DNA of 64,000 nucleotides from Octopus vulgaris. Its lineage: Eukaryota. The notes under the pieces were generated by a model. That model was not told the DNA's origin. It did not search any database and saw only the letters and a list, made by a program, of their open reading frames with translations. Numbering within the stretch: the stretch's first letter is position 1; each line of letters opens with the position of its first letter. The DNA lies in contig OX597815.1 of the NCBI GenBank assembly GCA_951406725.2, positions 179,924,001 to 179,988,000 on the forward strand, read 5' to 3'. Position numbers and translations under genes: made by a program. Below, one piece after another: positions 26,677 through 40,496 of the stretch.

Positions 26677-26845
26677 CTCATCGGACAGTTTTTGCTAGAA
26701 AAACTGTCCGATGAGGGGCAACGTGAAACTCAGAGTAACAGGTTTTGTTGAATTTTCTGCTGCTTTAAATAAAGCATATTACTCTACCACTGGTATTTGA
26801 GTACTCTTTTTTCCACCTTGTTTCACATTTATGTGTTTACTCCGG
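26677..26845 (+). mobile_element. PLE pLTR fragment with short inverted 5' end and hammerhead-like motif (26704-26741, family H3)
   Basis: ctcatcggacagttttt/aaaaactgtccgatgag palindrome; ctgt-CCGATGA-...-GAAA-ctcagag-TA-acag; stem II degenerate; ends at (TA)n. Confidence 0.55.
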
Positions 26846-28289
26846 TATATATATATATATATATATACACACACATATGTATGTGTCTGTCCCCCGACCA
26901 TTGCTTGATAACTGATGTTGGTGTGTTTATGTCCCTGTAACTTAGTAGTTTGGCAAAAGAAACCAACAGAATAAGTACTAAGCTAACAAAGAATAAATCG
27001 ATTTGTTTGACTAAAGGTGGTGCTCCAGCATGGCCGCAGTCAAATGACTGAAACGAATAAAAAAAATACGCAAACTAGATATGGACTATTATGAAACTGA
27101 GAGCCATTATGGAGGAACAGGTGTTTACTTTCTGCTTACAAACACAAATATGGAAGATGAGGGCCTTGTGTGAATAGAAGATATCATCATCATTGTTTAA
27201 CATCCATTTTCCATGCTAGCATGGGTTGGATGGTTCGACCGGGGTCTGGGAAGCCAGGAGGCTGCACCAGGCTCCAGTCTGATCTGGCAGTGTTTCTACA
27301 GCTGGATGCCCTTCCTAACGCCAACCACTCCGTGAGTGTAGTAGGTGCTTTTTAAGTGCCACCTGCACAGGTGCCAGGGGAGGCTGGCAATGGCCACGAT
27401 CGGTTGGTGGTTTTTACGTGACACTGACACAGAAGCCAGTCAAGGCGGCACTGGCATCGGCCACATATGGATAGTGCTTTATATTTGCCACCGGCCTACT
27501 CTGGCACAGGTGCCAGGGTAGGCTGGCAATGGCCACGAATGGTTGGTGCTTTTTATGTGCCACTGGCATGGAAGCCAATGTTTGAAATAACTAGTATTGG
27601 AATGTTTTACCGATAACGATCATGATTGGCACCATCGTCATCACTTAATGTTCATTCTTTTTTTATGTTGGCATAGGTTGGACAGTTCGATGACAAGACC
27701 TGGTTAGCTGGAGAGCTGCCCCTTCCGAAAGCAAACCATTTTACAGAGTGCACGGGGGTGCTTTTTACATGACACCACATTGGGTTGTGTTTTATGTGGC
27801 ATCAGCACCCACAAACTTGTCAAGACAAGGATCTGTTTACAGACAACAGAAACTGTGAAAACATTCTCGACTACATGCCGAAAATTTCTGGGTGAAAACG
27901 AGAATTTTATCAGAAAAAAGCAACAATAAATTAATAAAAAAAGCCGTAGAAATAAAATAAAATTACAAAAAAAAACACTGAAAGATGCCACAAACTGAAA
28001 GGGTAAATAATGGTTTCCATTTTTGGCACAAGGCCAGCAATTTTTTTTTTGGGGGGGGTAAGTCAATTACAACAACCCCAATGCTCAGCTGGTCCTTATT
28101 TTATTGACCCCAAAAGGAAGAAAGGCAAGGCTGACCTTGGCAGAATTTGAACAAGCACCACTTGAGCATGATGTGTGAAGTATGTACTGTAGCTCCATCT
28201 TGCTGAAAGTATGCATTATTAATTTCACTTTTAGTGAGTTGGCCTAGAAATGGAGAGACAACATTTGAGCAATGTCTCTTGGTGTTGAT

Positions 28290-29072
28290 GGTGTCTTAGC
28301 AAAAAAAATATCAGGTCCCACAATATGCTTTCTTGAAATTGTTATCCATACTGCAACATTTTCGGGATGCAGAGGTTTTTCATGCGTAACATGTGGATTC
28401 TCAATGGTCCATAACCTTGTGTTTTATGAATTTATGTGTCCCGACAGATGAAACCAAGCCTCATCAGTGAAAAAAACACCCACCCAGCACTTCTATACCT
28501 TTTTCGGCAACAAAGTTTTGGAACCAATGACAATAATGAAGCCTTTTAACATGATCCGTAGTCTTCAATTCTTGAATGACCAGCACTTTGTATGGAAAGA
28601 AATTTAATTTCTTTTTTACTGCTGTGTGAACGCTTCCTAGGCTGATTTCCCTTTCCTGTGACAATTTGTGTAAGGACTTTGACGGGCTTGCCAACAGTTT
28701 ATCAGAAATATTGGAGAGTATTTCGTCTGAAAGAACAGTAGGCCTATCGCTTCTTGCTGCGTCTTCCACTGAACCTGTGTTTCTATATTTTCATATCAAA
28801 TCCCTCACAGTGTCACGATGTGGATCAACAGTATTTGGAAAAGTTTCCCTGAACTTCTGTTTCACAGTATCTGAGTATTTGTTTCCAGCTCGAAACATCC
28901 ATTCAACTCAAAACGTACGTTCTTCAATGGTTAGCATGTCGACACGCTGCGGGGTACACAACGATTGAGAAGACAGTGGTGACACCCGGCCACTCACGCA
29001 GTAATATCCATGTTGCGCACGCACAGGATGAAAAAAATTCTCACTGTGGTGAGACTTTTTGAACACCCTGTA
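28290..29072 (-). mobile_element. Tc1/mariner-superfamily DNA transposon, 5' portion (pseudogenised transposase, rosa/maT-like)
   Basis: TA+cagggtgttcaaaaagtctc terminus; HTH region TGSVEDAARSDRPTV, KKLNFFPYKVLVIQELK, then TDEAWFHLSGHINS*NTRLWTIENPH after a frameshift. Confidence 0.85.
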
Positions 29073-30089
29073 ATCTACAAATTATTGTATTACATTTACG
29101 AGGAAGAAATATACCATAAAAAGAAGCAGAAAAATAACCAAAATGGTAATTCTTAGAGGCAGCAAATCTATAAAGCATAGTTAGTTCTGTAGTATCTATA
29201 GTAACACAATCATTAAATGTAACGGAGAAGGTTAAAAAAGCAGAAAATTGTAAGCATTTGGCCACATCTTCAGAACTACAAATAGAAACTGTACTTTTAG
29301 GTAGAACCTGAGCCATGGAAATATCCTTTTTATAAGGTGAGGTGGGGGGAATGGAGCAATATCATTAAATCAAGTTACTATTTGCACATCCCACACACTG
29401 GCATAAACTACATACACACACACACAATGTACAACATTCCCTGAGGGAAAAATAACTCTATTGTATTTACTTTACCAACAACTTGTATTTAAATACACGA
29501 TCTGGCAATAATAATGATGATGATGATGACGATGACGACGACGACGACAGTAATAATAACAGTAATAATAATAATAATAATAATAGTGATATCCTTCTGC
29601 TACTATTACTGTTGTTGTTGCTGCTACTACTGCTGCTGCTGCTGCCTCTGATGTAAACGAAGATGATGTTGATGGTAACAAAACCGTTTTTCAGAGGGTG
29701 TCAAATAAAATTAGCATAAACTACAGAGAACCCATGAATTAGGAACTATATATTGCTTCTAAATGCTGCCATATCCAGTTTATACCTTAACGAAGAACAA
29801 AACGCAAAAGAATGTAAAAAGCAGCAGTGCTGGTGCCACATGCAAAGCAATGGTGATGGTGCCATGTTAAGAGCAGTGGAGAGGGTGCTCTATATGAAGT
29901 ACCCATGCCAGTGGCACATAAAAGGTACACTCTATAAAGTGGTTGGCGTTAGGAAGGACATCCATTTATAGAAAGCATGGCAAAACAGACAATGGAAGCT
30001 GATGTGGCTCCTGGCTTTGCCAACACCTGTCAATCCATCCGACTCATGCCAGCATGGAAAGAGGATGTTAAATGATGATGATGAAAATT

Positions 30090-30322
30090 AAGGCGGCGAG
30101 CTGGCAGAACCGTTAGCACGCCGGGCGAAATGCGTAGCCGTATTTCGTCTGTCGTTACGTTCTGAGTTCAAATTCCGCCGAGGTCGACTTTGCCTTTCAT
30201 CCTTTCGGGGTCGATTAAATAAGTACCAGTTACGTACTGGGGTCGATATAATTGACTTAATCTGTTTGTCTGTCATTGTTTGTCCTCTCTGTGTTTAGCC
30301 CCTTGTGGGTAGTAAAGAAAGA
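30090..30322 (+). mobile_element. Young CpG-intact SINE family A inserted in an RTE tail, 15-bp TSD
   Basis: gatgatgatgaaaat at 30074-30088 and 30323-30337. Confidence 0.9.
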
Positions 30323-31977
30323 GATGATGATGAAAATATACACGACCTGTTATCGTTATTGTGGTGGTGAAGATTTCGGTAGTGCTACTGTCATTACTAA
30401 TTTATTCTTTCTAAGAAATCCTTTAAAGCTTGCTTTAAAAAAATGCGGTTGAACAAAAGGTCCAAAATTCTATAACAAAACAAACCAAACCAGAAAATTT
30501 CAGGATAAAAAAAAAACCCTGTTTTCCTTCATTTCAGGAGAGGACTTGAAAAACTTTGAGGAAATTTATTTAAAAAAAATAAAACATGGTTATTGGGTTG
30601 TTTTTTTTTTACTGTGCCAAAACAAGCCATCTTTGGGCTATCTCTCTCTTTTTAAAAGTTCTTATCAATTGGAATGTCCTTTATCATGTTTCACATGCCA
30701 TCAAATTTAATATTTCAACTGAAAAAAAAAAAACCCTACTTTTTATTTTGACTATTATTATACATTATACTTCTTAATATACAATTTAGAATTGATAGTT
30801 AGAATAGCCTTCACATCTTCTGCCTAAAACTTTTGCCTTGCTAGTTATTCTACTACATAAATACAGTACCTATTAAATATTGTAAATAGACTTCAGTCAT
30901 TTTAGATAAAAGGAACTGTTCATAGTCTCTAAGAACTGTTTTTCTTTTTCTTTACCGTTTCACCAAATTATCTTCAACTGATTGATAAAAATCAATAAGA
31001 CTGGGAAAGATAAAAGTATCATAAATAAAAAGAATAAATGTAAAACAACACATTTACAGTATAAAAGACATCGAAAGCAGATGCAAATGCTTGTTAACGA
31101 TGAGAGTTATATAAAAACAGCCAAAAATTAAATTTTTGGTAAAAGTGAAGAATATATCTGAACTCTTCTTATTCTTTTCTTTCCACAAGTCTAAATCAAC
31201 TGAACTAACCTAGTATATTACTGATGATTTTTATGCCTTCTCTCTCTCTTTTTTTTTTTTATTTATGAAGGGTGAAAGACAAGATTGGTTCTAGTGACAT
31301 TTGAACTTAGAACAATTAGGTTCAGGTATGAATACAGTCCAAGACTAATGTTCTAACATTTTTCACAAAATATCTTTATCTTTTACTGGTTTCAGTCATT
31401 AGACTGCAGCTATGTTATATCTCGGTCATCTCTTCCATTGTTCTACTGGAGTGGCCACTCTCTCCTTCTATCTTACTCTAACCTCTCACCTGGCACATAG
31501 CCACTTCTCTCGGTTCCACCCCCCTCTCCCAACTATGAAGTATTTGTCTTGTGAGTTACTTAATGACCCTGCTGGTGCTGGTGCCATGTATAAAGCACCT
31601 GTGCCAGATCCATGTACAAAGTACCTGTGCCAGGTCCATGTACAAGGTGATAGGAAGAGCACCCCATAGAAACGGTGCCAAAGCAGACAATGGAACCTAG
31701 TGCAGCTCTCCACCCTTGCCAGCTCCTGTCAAACCATCCAACAAATGACAGCATGCTGAGAAACAAGAGCTTTTTAATGACATCAGCACTATTTATTAGG
31801 GAATGACTGTTCCCCAAACCTTAGTCACAATTTATGTTCTTAACACTAACTTAATCATAACTAAGTTATTTTACTAAATTCTTTGTTATACTTAAAATTA
31901 ATTGAAAGAAACACAGAGTATCTCAACAGAAATACGGTAACGAAAGGGTTAAAACTGAAATTCACATTTATACCAAT

Positions 31978-32255
31978 AAAATTGGTGCATTTGGCTCTGT
32001 GAGTAAATGCGTAAGTGACAGTCTGGATAAGCCAGGGTTTTCAGAAACAGAAATCAACGAACTAACTTGTACATTATGAATACAACCTGTAAGTGGAACA
32101 GTAAATATATGCAAGATGTTTCTCAAGTTTAGAATGTAACATTGTTTCCGTTATCAACATTCCAACGACAGAGCTTTGAATCTTTGTTAGGGTTAGAAAC
32201 CAGCTCCTTCCTCAGAGGAGGAATTCAAGTAATTAAAAGCAGAAGAGAACATACT
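31978..32255 (+). mobile_element. RLE LINE 3' end (second diverged copy at 35072-35342)
   Basis: IGAFGSVSKCVSDSLDKPGFSETEIN...GTVNICKMFLKF; two copies in the window. Confidence 0.6.
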
Positions 32256-32699
32256 GTATTAAAGCTTATACTTTTTTTTAAACACTTATAGAAAGACGAA
32301 CCAAATAACTGTTGGATTCAAACCATGCATTAACTGCTGGGTAACTGCAAAAGTATCAACATGAAACTGAATAGCATCCTATGTTACAGTCACTTGCATA
32401 CAGCTGAGGATGCTGGTCTATTACAAGTGATGCAAGTCAGATGTAGAGAAACTGTATTAGTTTGGTTAAAGCATATAAGCTTACAGAATCTAATTTCAGA
32501 TGGCAATGAAAGCATGTGCAGTGTGATGTAACAAGTGATATGGTTGGAGGGCTTGAAGCACATCAGGCTTTTGTGTGCTTTCTTTCTTTCTCATTCTCAG
32601 TTTGGTGTTTGCAAAGGTTTAATATTCAGTATTCGGTCCATGAAAATGTTAACTCTTAATTAATCCAAAAGGAATGTCCATATGTATGTGCGTATAGAT

Positions 32700-32753
32700 G
32701 AACACACACACACACACTTGCATATATATGCACACACACACACATATATATAT

Positions 32754-32829
<76 letters not shown>

Positions 32830-32880
32830 ACATGATGATGATACATATCTGTGAGTATATATATATATATATATATACAC
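32700..32880. repeat. (CA)n/(TA)n microsatellite
   Basis: Direct reading. Confidence 0.95.
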
Positions 32881-33194
32881 ATTTGTGTGTGTGGTTTGTC
32901 TGTGAGTGCATACACACTATCATTTATGAAAAACGAGAGTTGATTTTTACATGAGATACATGGAACATTCCACATGCTTAATCTTCCTGATACGTGTGTG
33001 TGTGTGTGTGTGTGTACATATATATATACATTCATTTATCTTAATTTTTATTAATATTTAGCAGAAGCAACAGAATAACTCAAATGCTGAGAGTAACTCG
33101 TTTGCTTCTGTTAAATATTAATTAAAAAAAAAAAAATACATATACACATATTTTAAGTTCTGAACCTATATATGTATAAATATATATATATATA

Positions 33195-33500
33195 TTACAG
33201 AGATGTACTTGCATAGCAAGTGACCTGATCTGAGATTGTGTGCTGGAATGAAAACAATTGCAGTGTGGAAGGTGTTTTATAAGCCATTTAAGAAACACAA
33301 AAACCGTTAGATTCACTTCAACATTTAAATTTAATTTACCAAAATATTTGAGACTGCACCTGTTCACTGACAAAATTCCAAGCTGCTTTGTCAGTGAACA
33401 GGTCGCAGTCTCAAAGTGACGAAAATATTTTGACAAATTAAATTTAAATGTTGAAGTGTTGAAGGGAATCTAACGGATTTTGTGTTTTAAATGGCTTATG
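33195..33500. mobile_element. Palindromic PLE-type pLTR element (family H4)
   Basis: 33277-33374 inverted with 33387-33499; flanked by (TA)n; tail also present at 54493-54634. Confidence 0.7.
33387..33437 (+). ncRNA. Hammerhead ribozyme variant with G3-C8 core
   Basis: tttgtca-GTGAACA-g-gtcgc-agtctcaaa-gtgac-GAAA-atat-TT-tgacaaa; 7-bp stem I, 5-bp stem II, palindromic stem III. Confidence 0.6.
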
Positions 33501-34129
33501 CTGCAATTTTATATATATACATATATATATATATATATAGAGAGAGAGAGGGGGAAGAGAAATAGATACATATGCATGCACACCACACACATTAACACTT
33601 ATGCAAATACACAGATGCACACTCACGCACAGAAGCATTGTCTATAGGTGACAAAAGCTGCAACATTTCACTCACTGATACCACAGTTACCAGTATTACC
33701 ATTCCTATCAGTTATCACAATCAGAAGGATTGCACTAACAAAATAGTCAAATTTACCACCTAATCTTAGTTGATTAACAGCTGATGTTAATTACAATGGA
33801 GCACTTGTGAAATCTATTTGTGGTAGTTTTAGCTTTAAAATTTATTGACTTTCTTTCTTTTTTTTTTTTTTTTTTTTTTGTTACAGCAAAAATGAAACAT
33901 TTAAGCTAAAAGTTACTGAAGTAGTCAAGAAAACATATAACTGTGTTGCAATTGAAGAATTTGGTATTTGAGAGAAATTATGAGAAATTGGTGAAAGAAA
34001 TGGAATAAACTTCAGACAATACAAAATAAACAGTTTGCTGCGTGAGGTCATCCTCATAAGTGGCCAGATTTGGAGCAAAATGTTGTTGAGTGGGCAGTTG
34101 GAAATTGTCAGTTGCCTGGAAGGAAAATA

Positions 34130-34405
34130 TGGAAGTGGCTGTGTGGTAAGTAGCTTGTTTACCAACCACTTGGTTCCGAGTTCAGTACCACTGCATGGCA
34201 CCTTGGGCAAGTGTCTTCTACTATAGCCTCGGGTCAACCAAAGCTTTGTGAGTGGATTTGATAGACGGAAACTTAGCGGTTCGGCAAAAGAGACTGATAG
34301 AATAAGTACTAAGCTTAAAAAGAATAAGTCCTGCAGTCAATTTGCTTGACTAAAGGCAGTGCTCCAGCATGGCCAAAGTCACATGACTGAAACAAGTAAA
34401 AGAGT
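34130..34405 (+). mobile_element. SINE family B (internally deleted)
   Basis: Head and tail match 13187-13590. Confidence 0.8.
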
Positions 34406-35407
34406 AACTCATCAACTGAATCCATGTCAAACAAGAATGGCATTTTGGATTTGAAGTCAAGTACTGGATGGTGCATAATGCTGATAATACAATATGACTT
34501 GGCACACCAGCAGAGAATGAAGACTGCACGGGAGGTTCATCATCATCATCGTCATCGCTTAATGTCCACTTTCCATTCTGGCATGGGTTGGATGGTTTGA
34601 CTGAGGACTTGCGAGCCAGAAGGCTGCACCAGGCACCAATCTGATCTAACAAAGTTTCTACAGCTGGATGCCCTTCCTAACACCAACCACTCCGAGAGTG
34701 TAGTGGGTGCTTTTTATGTGCCACAACAAGGCAGCCAGTCAGGCGATACTGGCATCAGCCATGCTTGAATGGTGCTATTTATGTGCCACCGGCACGAGTG
34801 CTTATCAGGCAGCACTGACATCGGCCACACTCGAATGGTGCTTTTTACATGCCCCACACACACACACACACATACATACATAATATACACACACTAGTAG
34901 TGTCAGAGATATTACCTTAGGGACAAATATATATATATGCATATGAATGCACACACACATGTATAGACATCTGCAGATATAATACATACGTACATACCTA
35001 CGTACATACATATGGAAAACTCTTTGGAAACCCCCAGCATCTATATCCAGATTATAAAATCACTTTTATAGTAATTGGTGCACCTGATTTCGTGATTAAA
35101 TGCCTCAGCGGCAATCTGGATAAGCTAGGATTTTCAGAAAAAGAAATCAACAAACCAACTTGCATGTTACAAAAAAAAAATCTATAAGTGGAACAGTAAA
35201 AATATGCAAGACTTTTCTCAAGTTTAAAATGCAATATTGTTGTTTGGTATCAACATTTCAATGGTGCAGCTTTGAATCTTTGTCAGAAACCAGCTCCTTC
35301 CTCAGAGGAAGAATTTAAATAACCAAAGACAGAAGAGAACACACACACACGGGTGCGATCAAGATATGAAAAAAAAAAAAAGGAACAGACAAATGTAGTT
35401 AAGTGCT

Positions 35408-35494
35408 ACAAACGTTTCCAAGGCTGAAAGACACCTCATATTATGAGTGTAATTACTTTGTAATTTATGATGCAATCTGCCTCTTCATCAGGTA
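35408..35494 (-). ncRNA. Degenerate hammerhead-like motif
   Basis: Minus strand CTGATGA-agaggc...gccttg-GAAA-cg-TT; stem I poor. Confidence 0.35.
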
Positions 35495-35924
35495 CAAACC
35501 AAGAAGTATGAAACTGAATGCTACATTGATTATCAAATTATTACAAGAGGAAAAAAAGATAACAACATTAAGTTATGCACTGAGTAGGAGCAGTTAAGCA
35601 TTTTTTGTGAACAGCCAATCACAAGACTTTTCTATAGTCTTCTAGATAAACACAGAAGAGGGTGTGGCTTCTGAAATACTGATCCACCTTCAGCATAATT
35701 TTGGCTCAGCCTAAATCCCTCTGGTTGAAAACATCAAGTGAACACCACAATAGAATGATTTAACACAGAAAAAAAAGGAAGATTTATATATTAAGGTAGA
35801 TGGAAGGAATAGTAAAAAGTAAAAATCATTTATAGCATAAGTCATTAAAAGTAAAAAAGTGAATTGAAATATATTAAAAATAAAAAATCCCAAAGAAATA
35901 CCATATAAAAACTATGCATAAATA

Positions 35925-37230
35925 TTCTTTTCTACTTTAGACACAAGGCCTGAAATTTTAGGGGAGGGAGGGCAGTTGATTAGATTGACCCCAGTATGCA
36001 ACTGGTTCTTAATTTATTGACACTGAAAAGATGAAAGGCAAAGTCGACCTCAGTGGAATTTGAACTCAGAATGTAAAAACAGACAAAATACCTATTTCTT
36101 TATTACCCACAAGGGGCTAAACACAGAGCGGACAAACAAGGACAGACATAGGTATTAAGTCGATTACATCGACCCCAGTGCGTAACTGGTACTTAATTTA
36201 TCAACCCCGAAAGGATGAAAGGCAAAGTCGACCTCGGCGGAATTTGAACTCACAATGTAAAAACAGACAAAATACCGCTAAGCATTTTGCCCAGTGTGCT
36301 AACGTTTCTACCAGCTCACTGCCTTACTATAATCTTTTCTACTCTAGGCACAAGGCCTGAAATTTTTGGGGAGAGGGACCAGTCAATTAGATCGACTGCA
36401 GGATGCAACTGGTACTTAATTTATCAACCTTGAAAGGATGAAAGGCAAAGTTGACCTTGGTAGAATTTGAACTCAGAACGTAAAAACTGACAAAATACAG
36501 CTAAGCAATTTCTCTGGCGTGCTAACTTTTCTGACAGCTGGCTGCTTTAATAATAACATCCTTTTCTACTTTAGACACAAAGCCTGAAATTTGGGGGCAG
36601 TGGGGCGGTCAATTAGATCAACCCCAGTATGCAACTGGTACTTAATTTATCAACACCGAAAGGATGAAAGGCTAGGTCAACCTTGGTGGAATTTGAACTC
36701 AGAACATAAACACAGATGAAATACCACTAAGCATTTGCACAGCATGGTAACGTTTCTGCCAGCTCAACGCCTTATTCACACACATATATATATCTAAATC
36801 TACATGAGAGCATGTATGCGTGATTGTGTATGTATGTAGTTTTAGATATATGTGTGAATAAGGCGGCAAGCTGGCAGAAACGTTAGCACACCAGGTGAAA
36901 TGCTTAGCGGTATTTTGTCTGTCTTTACGTTCTGAGTTCAAATTCGGCTGAGGTTGACTTTGCCTTTCATCCTTTCGGGGTCAATAAATTAAGTACCAGT
37001 TACGCACTGTGGTCGAAGTAATCGACTTAATCCAGTTGTCTGTCCTTGTTCGTCCCCTCTGTGTTTAGCCCCTTGTGGGTAGTAAAGAAATAGGTATTTC
37101 GTCTGTCTTTATGTTCTGAGTTCAAATTCGGCTGAGGTTGACTTTGCCTTTCATCCCTTCAGGGTCGATAAATTAAGTACCAGTTATATACTGGGATTGA
37201 TCTAATTGACTGGCCCTCTCCACCAAAATA
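35925..37230. mobile_element. Array of SINE family A: four minus-strand copies followed by two plus-strand copies
   Basis: Repeated aggatgaaaggcaaagtcgacctc units 35925-36775, reversed from 36860. Confidence 0.85.
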
Positions 37231-38867
37231 AGTCCCAGGGTCGATTTGATCAACTAAAGGTGGTGTTCCAGCATGGCCACATTCAAATGACTGAAACAAG
37301 TAAAAGAATAAAAGAAGAAAAGACCAAGACAGATGTTCCTTCTTCACTCACTAAAAGCACACATTGTTGAAAAGTGTGTGAATGTGTATGTATGTGTGTT
37401 TGTGTATATATGTGTGTATTTATGCATGCGTTTGTGTGTATTTTCAGGTACATTCATTTGTTATGTATGACTGTCTGTCTCAACCTTGTGTCTATTCATG
37501 GGTGGAGGTCAACGTGTTCTTTTCATTTTTTTTGTCATCACACTCAGAAGAAATTTTTCTGAACATGTTTATATAATAATGAAAAAAAAAAAAAAACCCT
37601 GTTATTTTGGGGCTTCTAAGGGTCAGATGTACTTGAGTTTTTTTGGAGTTTTTTTCTAATACGGACACATGTCTAAGGTAGCATAAATCAAAATATTTTC
37701 CTGCAACAATTCATAGCTTGGTCTAAAATTAAGGAATAAACACACAGAATTTTAGTATCACCCACAAACATCCACATATATAATACTAAAATTCTTAGTT
37801 TGTATGCATGTTCCTTAATACTGGACTGACATGAACTGTGGCAAGAAAATGCATGTATATGAATATGACTTTGACTATTTCTGCTATGATCTGTAATATA
37901 ATCTAGAGACACAGATATAAACAGTGGAAAGAGCATCAGTTCAGGCTATCAGACAGCACATCACAAAACAATCCACTGTATGCCAGCATGTATGCAGTAT
38001 GGCCCTCAGCTATGTAATTGTATAGTTGATCTGGTTACATCGAGATGTTCTGTTGGCTTCCTACATGACATTAATCTGGAGCTACGCAACAGTAAGAAAA
38101 ATCAATTCCAAAGACAGCTTAGTGATTTTTTTGGCTCAGGATATTGAAAATACTGAGAAAAAAATGTTTCACTTTTACTATAGATAGCTTAGATATTTTG
38201 AATTTCTGGTGTCATTTATAGCAAAAATGACAGTGAAGACATAGAAATTTATTTTAATAAAATATAAAAGAAAAAAAGCAATACTTTATGATAAATATGA
38301 CTTAGTTTTTAGGGCTCATTCAAAAATTAGATTGAAAAACGAAAACAGATTTTTACATATATTTTTTCTTAGTGTCCTGAGAAGTGAAAACACATTAAAC
38401 AAAAGAAAAGAAGGCCTGTCAGAGTTGTTCAAAACGGGGTCACTATCATAAAACATGAATTTTACCTGGCATATTCTACAACTTGCCAGGTAGACTTAGA
38501 ATGTGTTGGGTTAATATTTGTTTCTTTATTGCCCACAGGGGGCATAGAAGGGACACAGAGGGGACAAACAAGGACAGATGAGTGGTTTAAGTCAATTACA
38601 TCAACGCCAGTGTGTAACTGGTACTTATTTAATCGACCCCAAAAGAATGAAAGGCAAAGTTGACCTCTGTGGAAGTTGGGTTAATATTAATATGATTATG
38701 CAGAGAGCATTAAAAAGTTAACAAGAATTAACTATACAATAAGGAAAATACGACATTAGTCATTGATTAATATTATTTAAATTATTTTCACAAATATGGG
38801 AGGCAACTTTTGATTATCATTAGACTTCTTCAGCAGAGTATAGACATAAGCAAACTTGCTGAAGTAC

Positions 38868-39242
38868 TCGTTTACTTGTTTTGGAACACTGCCTTTAGTT
38901 GAGCAAATTGACCCCAGGACTTATTCTTTGTAACCCTAGTACTTATTCTATCGGTCTCTTTTGCCAAATCGCTAAGTTACAGGGATGTAAACACACCAAC
39001 ATCGGTTGTCAAGCGATGTTGGCAGGACAAACACAGACACACACAAACATATATATAAATATATATATACATATAAACGACAGGCTTCTTTCAGTTTCCG
39101 TCTACCAAATCCACTCACAAGGCTTTGATTGACCCAAGGCTATAGTAGAAGACACTTGCCCAAGGTGGCATGGAGTGGGAATGAACTCAGAACCATGTGG
39201 TTGGTAAGCAAGCTACACACCACACAGCCACTCCTGCGCCTA
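38868..39242 (-). mobile_element. SINE family B
   Basis: Reverse complement of family consensus. Confidence 0.8.
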
Positions 39243-40496
39243 CCGAAGAGAAAATAACAAAATAAATGTAAAACATACTCCAATTAGTATCGACAAATTA
39301 AAATTTTTAAGAGTCTCAACTGCTCAGAGAAATTATCTATAGATTGTGTTCAACCATACCCCATGGCTAATTTCAGATCTTTATCAGAAGTATATTTTTT
39401 ATTATTATTATTATTGTTGTTACTAAAATGTTTATTCCTCAAGTGTTTTAGGTGTTCTTTATTCTATCGACTGATTTAGTTTTGCTTCCTCCATTTAATT
39501 ACCGTCTGAATTACATTTTACAAATAATTTCATAGTGTTTCAGGAAAACTCTATTTGTCAGATGGTGCCATGTAACAGTACACTCTGTAAAAGTGGTTGG
39601 CACCAGGAAAGGCATCCAGCTGTAAAGACTATGCCAAAACAGACAACAGCACCAAGTGTAGGCTCCTGGCCTTGCTAGCTCCTCCTGTCAAACTGTCCAA
39701 CCCATGCCTGTATGGAAAATGGACATATGATGATGATGATGATGAGGATGATGATGATGGATCATATCACCCCCCCAATACTTATTTCAGCCTGGCACTT
39801 ATTTTATTACACTCTATTCGTCAAACCAATAATTTACAAGATGCAATGAGAAGTGACAGAAACAACGACAGCAGGTTTGAAACCAGGGTTACACATAGGC
39901 AGAGAGGCACGGACACACATACACACACGATAATAAAGAATTGAAACCAGTTAATAAAGTTGTTCGAACAAACGGAAAGAAGATTACCTTCTGCTGTACA
40001 GGTAATTGTCAGGCAGTAATAAAATAACAATAATTAAAAGATTGAGGTCAAGGGTTAGTAATGTTATAAATACTGGTTCTCATGTGAGAAAGATGTATAT
40101 CTATCAATGAATCAGCCGTGGAAAGCAGGAACAGTGTTAACAATAACAATGAAAGGGGGAGATAATTAATATCTGTTAGCATATCAAATTATCAAATCCA
40201 ATTTGTCTTTCACGCTGAAATAAAAGAGAAATAAAACCATTGCAACAAAAATGAGGCTTGAATTACAAGCTAATCCTCATTAAGAGTTTTGGAATAAGGA
40301 ACAAATTAATTGCAATAACAACAATGAGAGATGTGCTAACAGGATGCTAAATTACTAAAGCTTTCAACATCATGAAATACAAATGCCAACCAAAATCATG
40401 GCATATGTCTTTCATCGACTTCCAAGTGGACAAATACGCTTCCTATTCTTGTTTCATTAACTGTTAATCTTATTAAGTTTGTCTTCCTCAGAGAAG

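Noticed and set aside
31978-35342. Duplicated host exon (two ~270-bp similar segments)
   Set aside because: Both translate to the IGA.G...GTV.ICK.FLKF C-terminus typical of RLE LINEs and contain stops or frameshifts.
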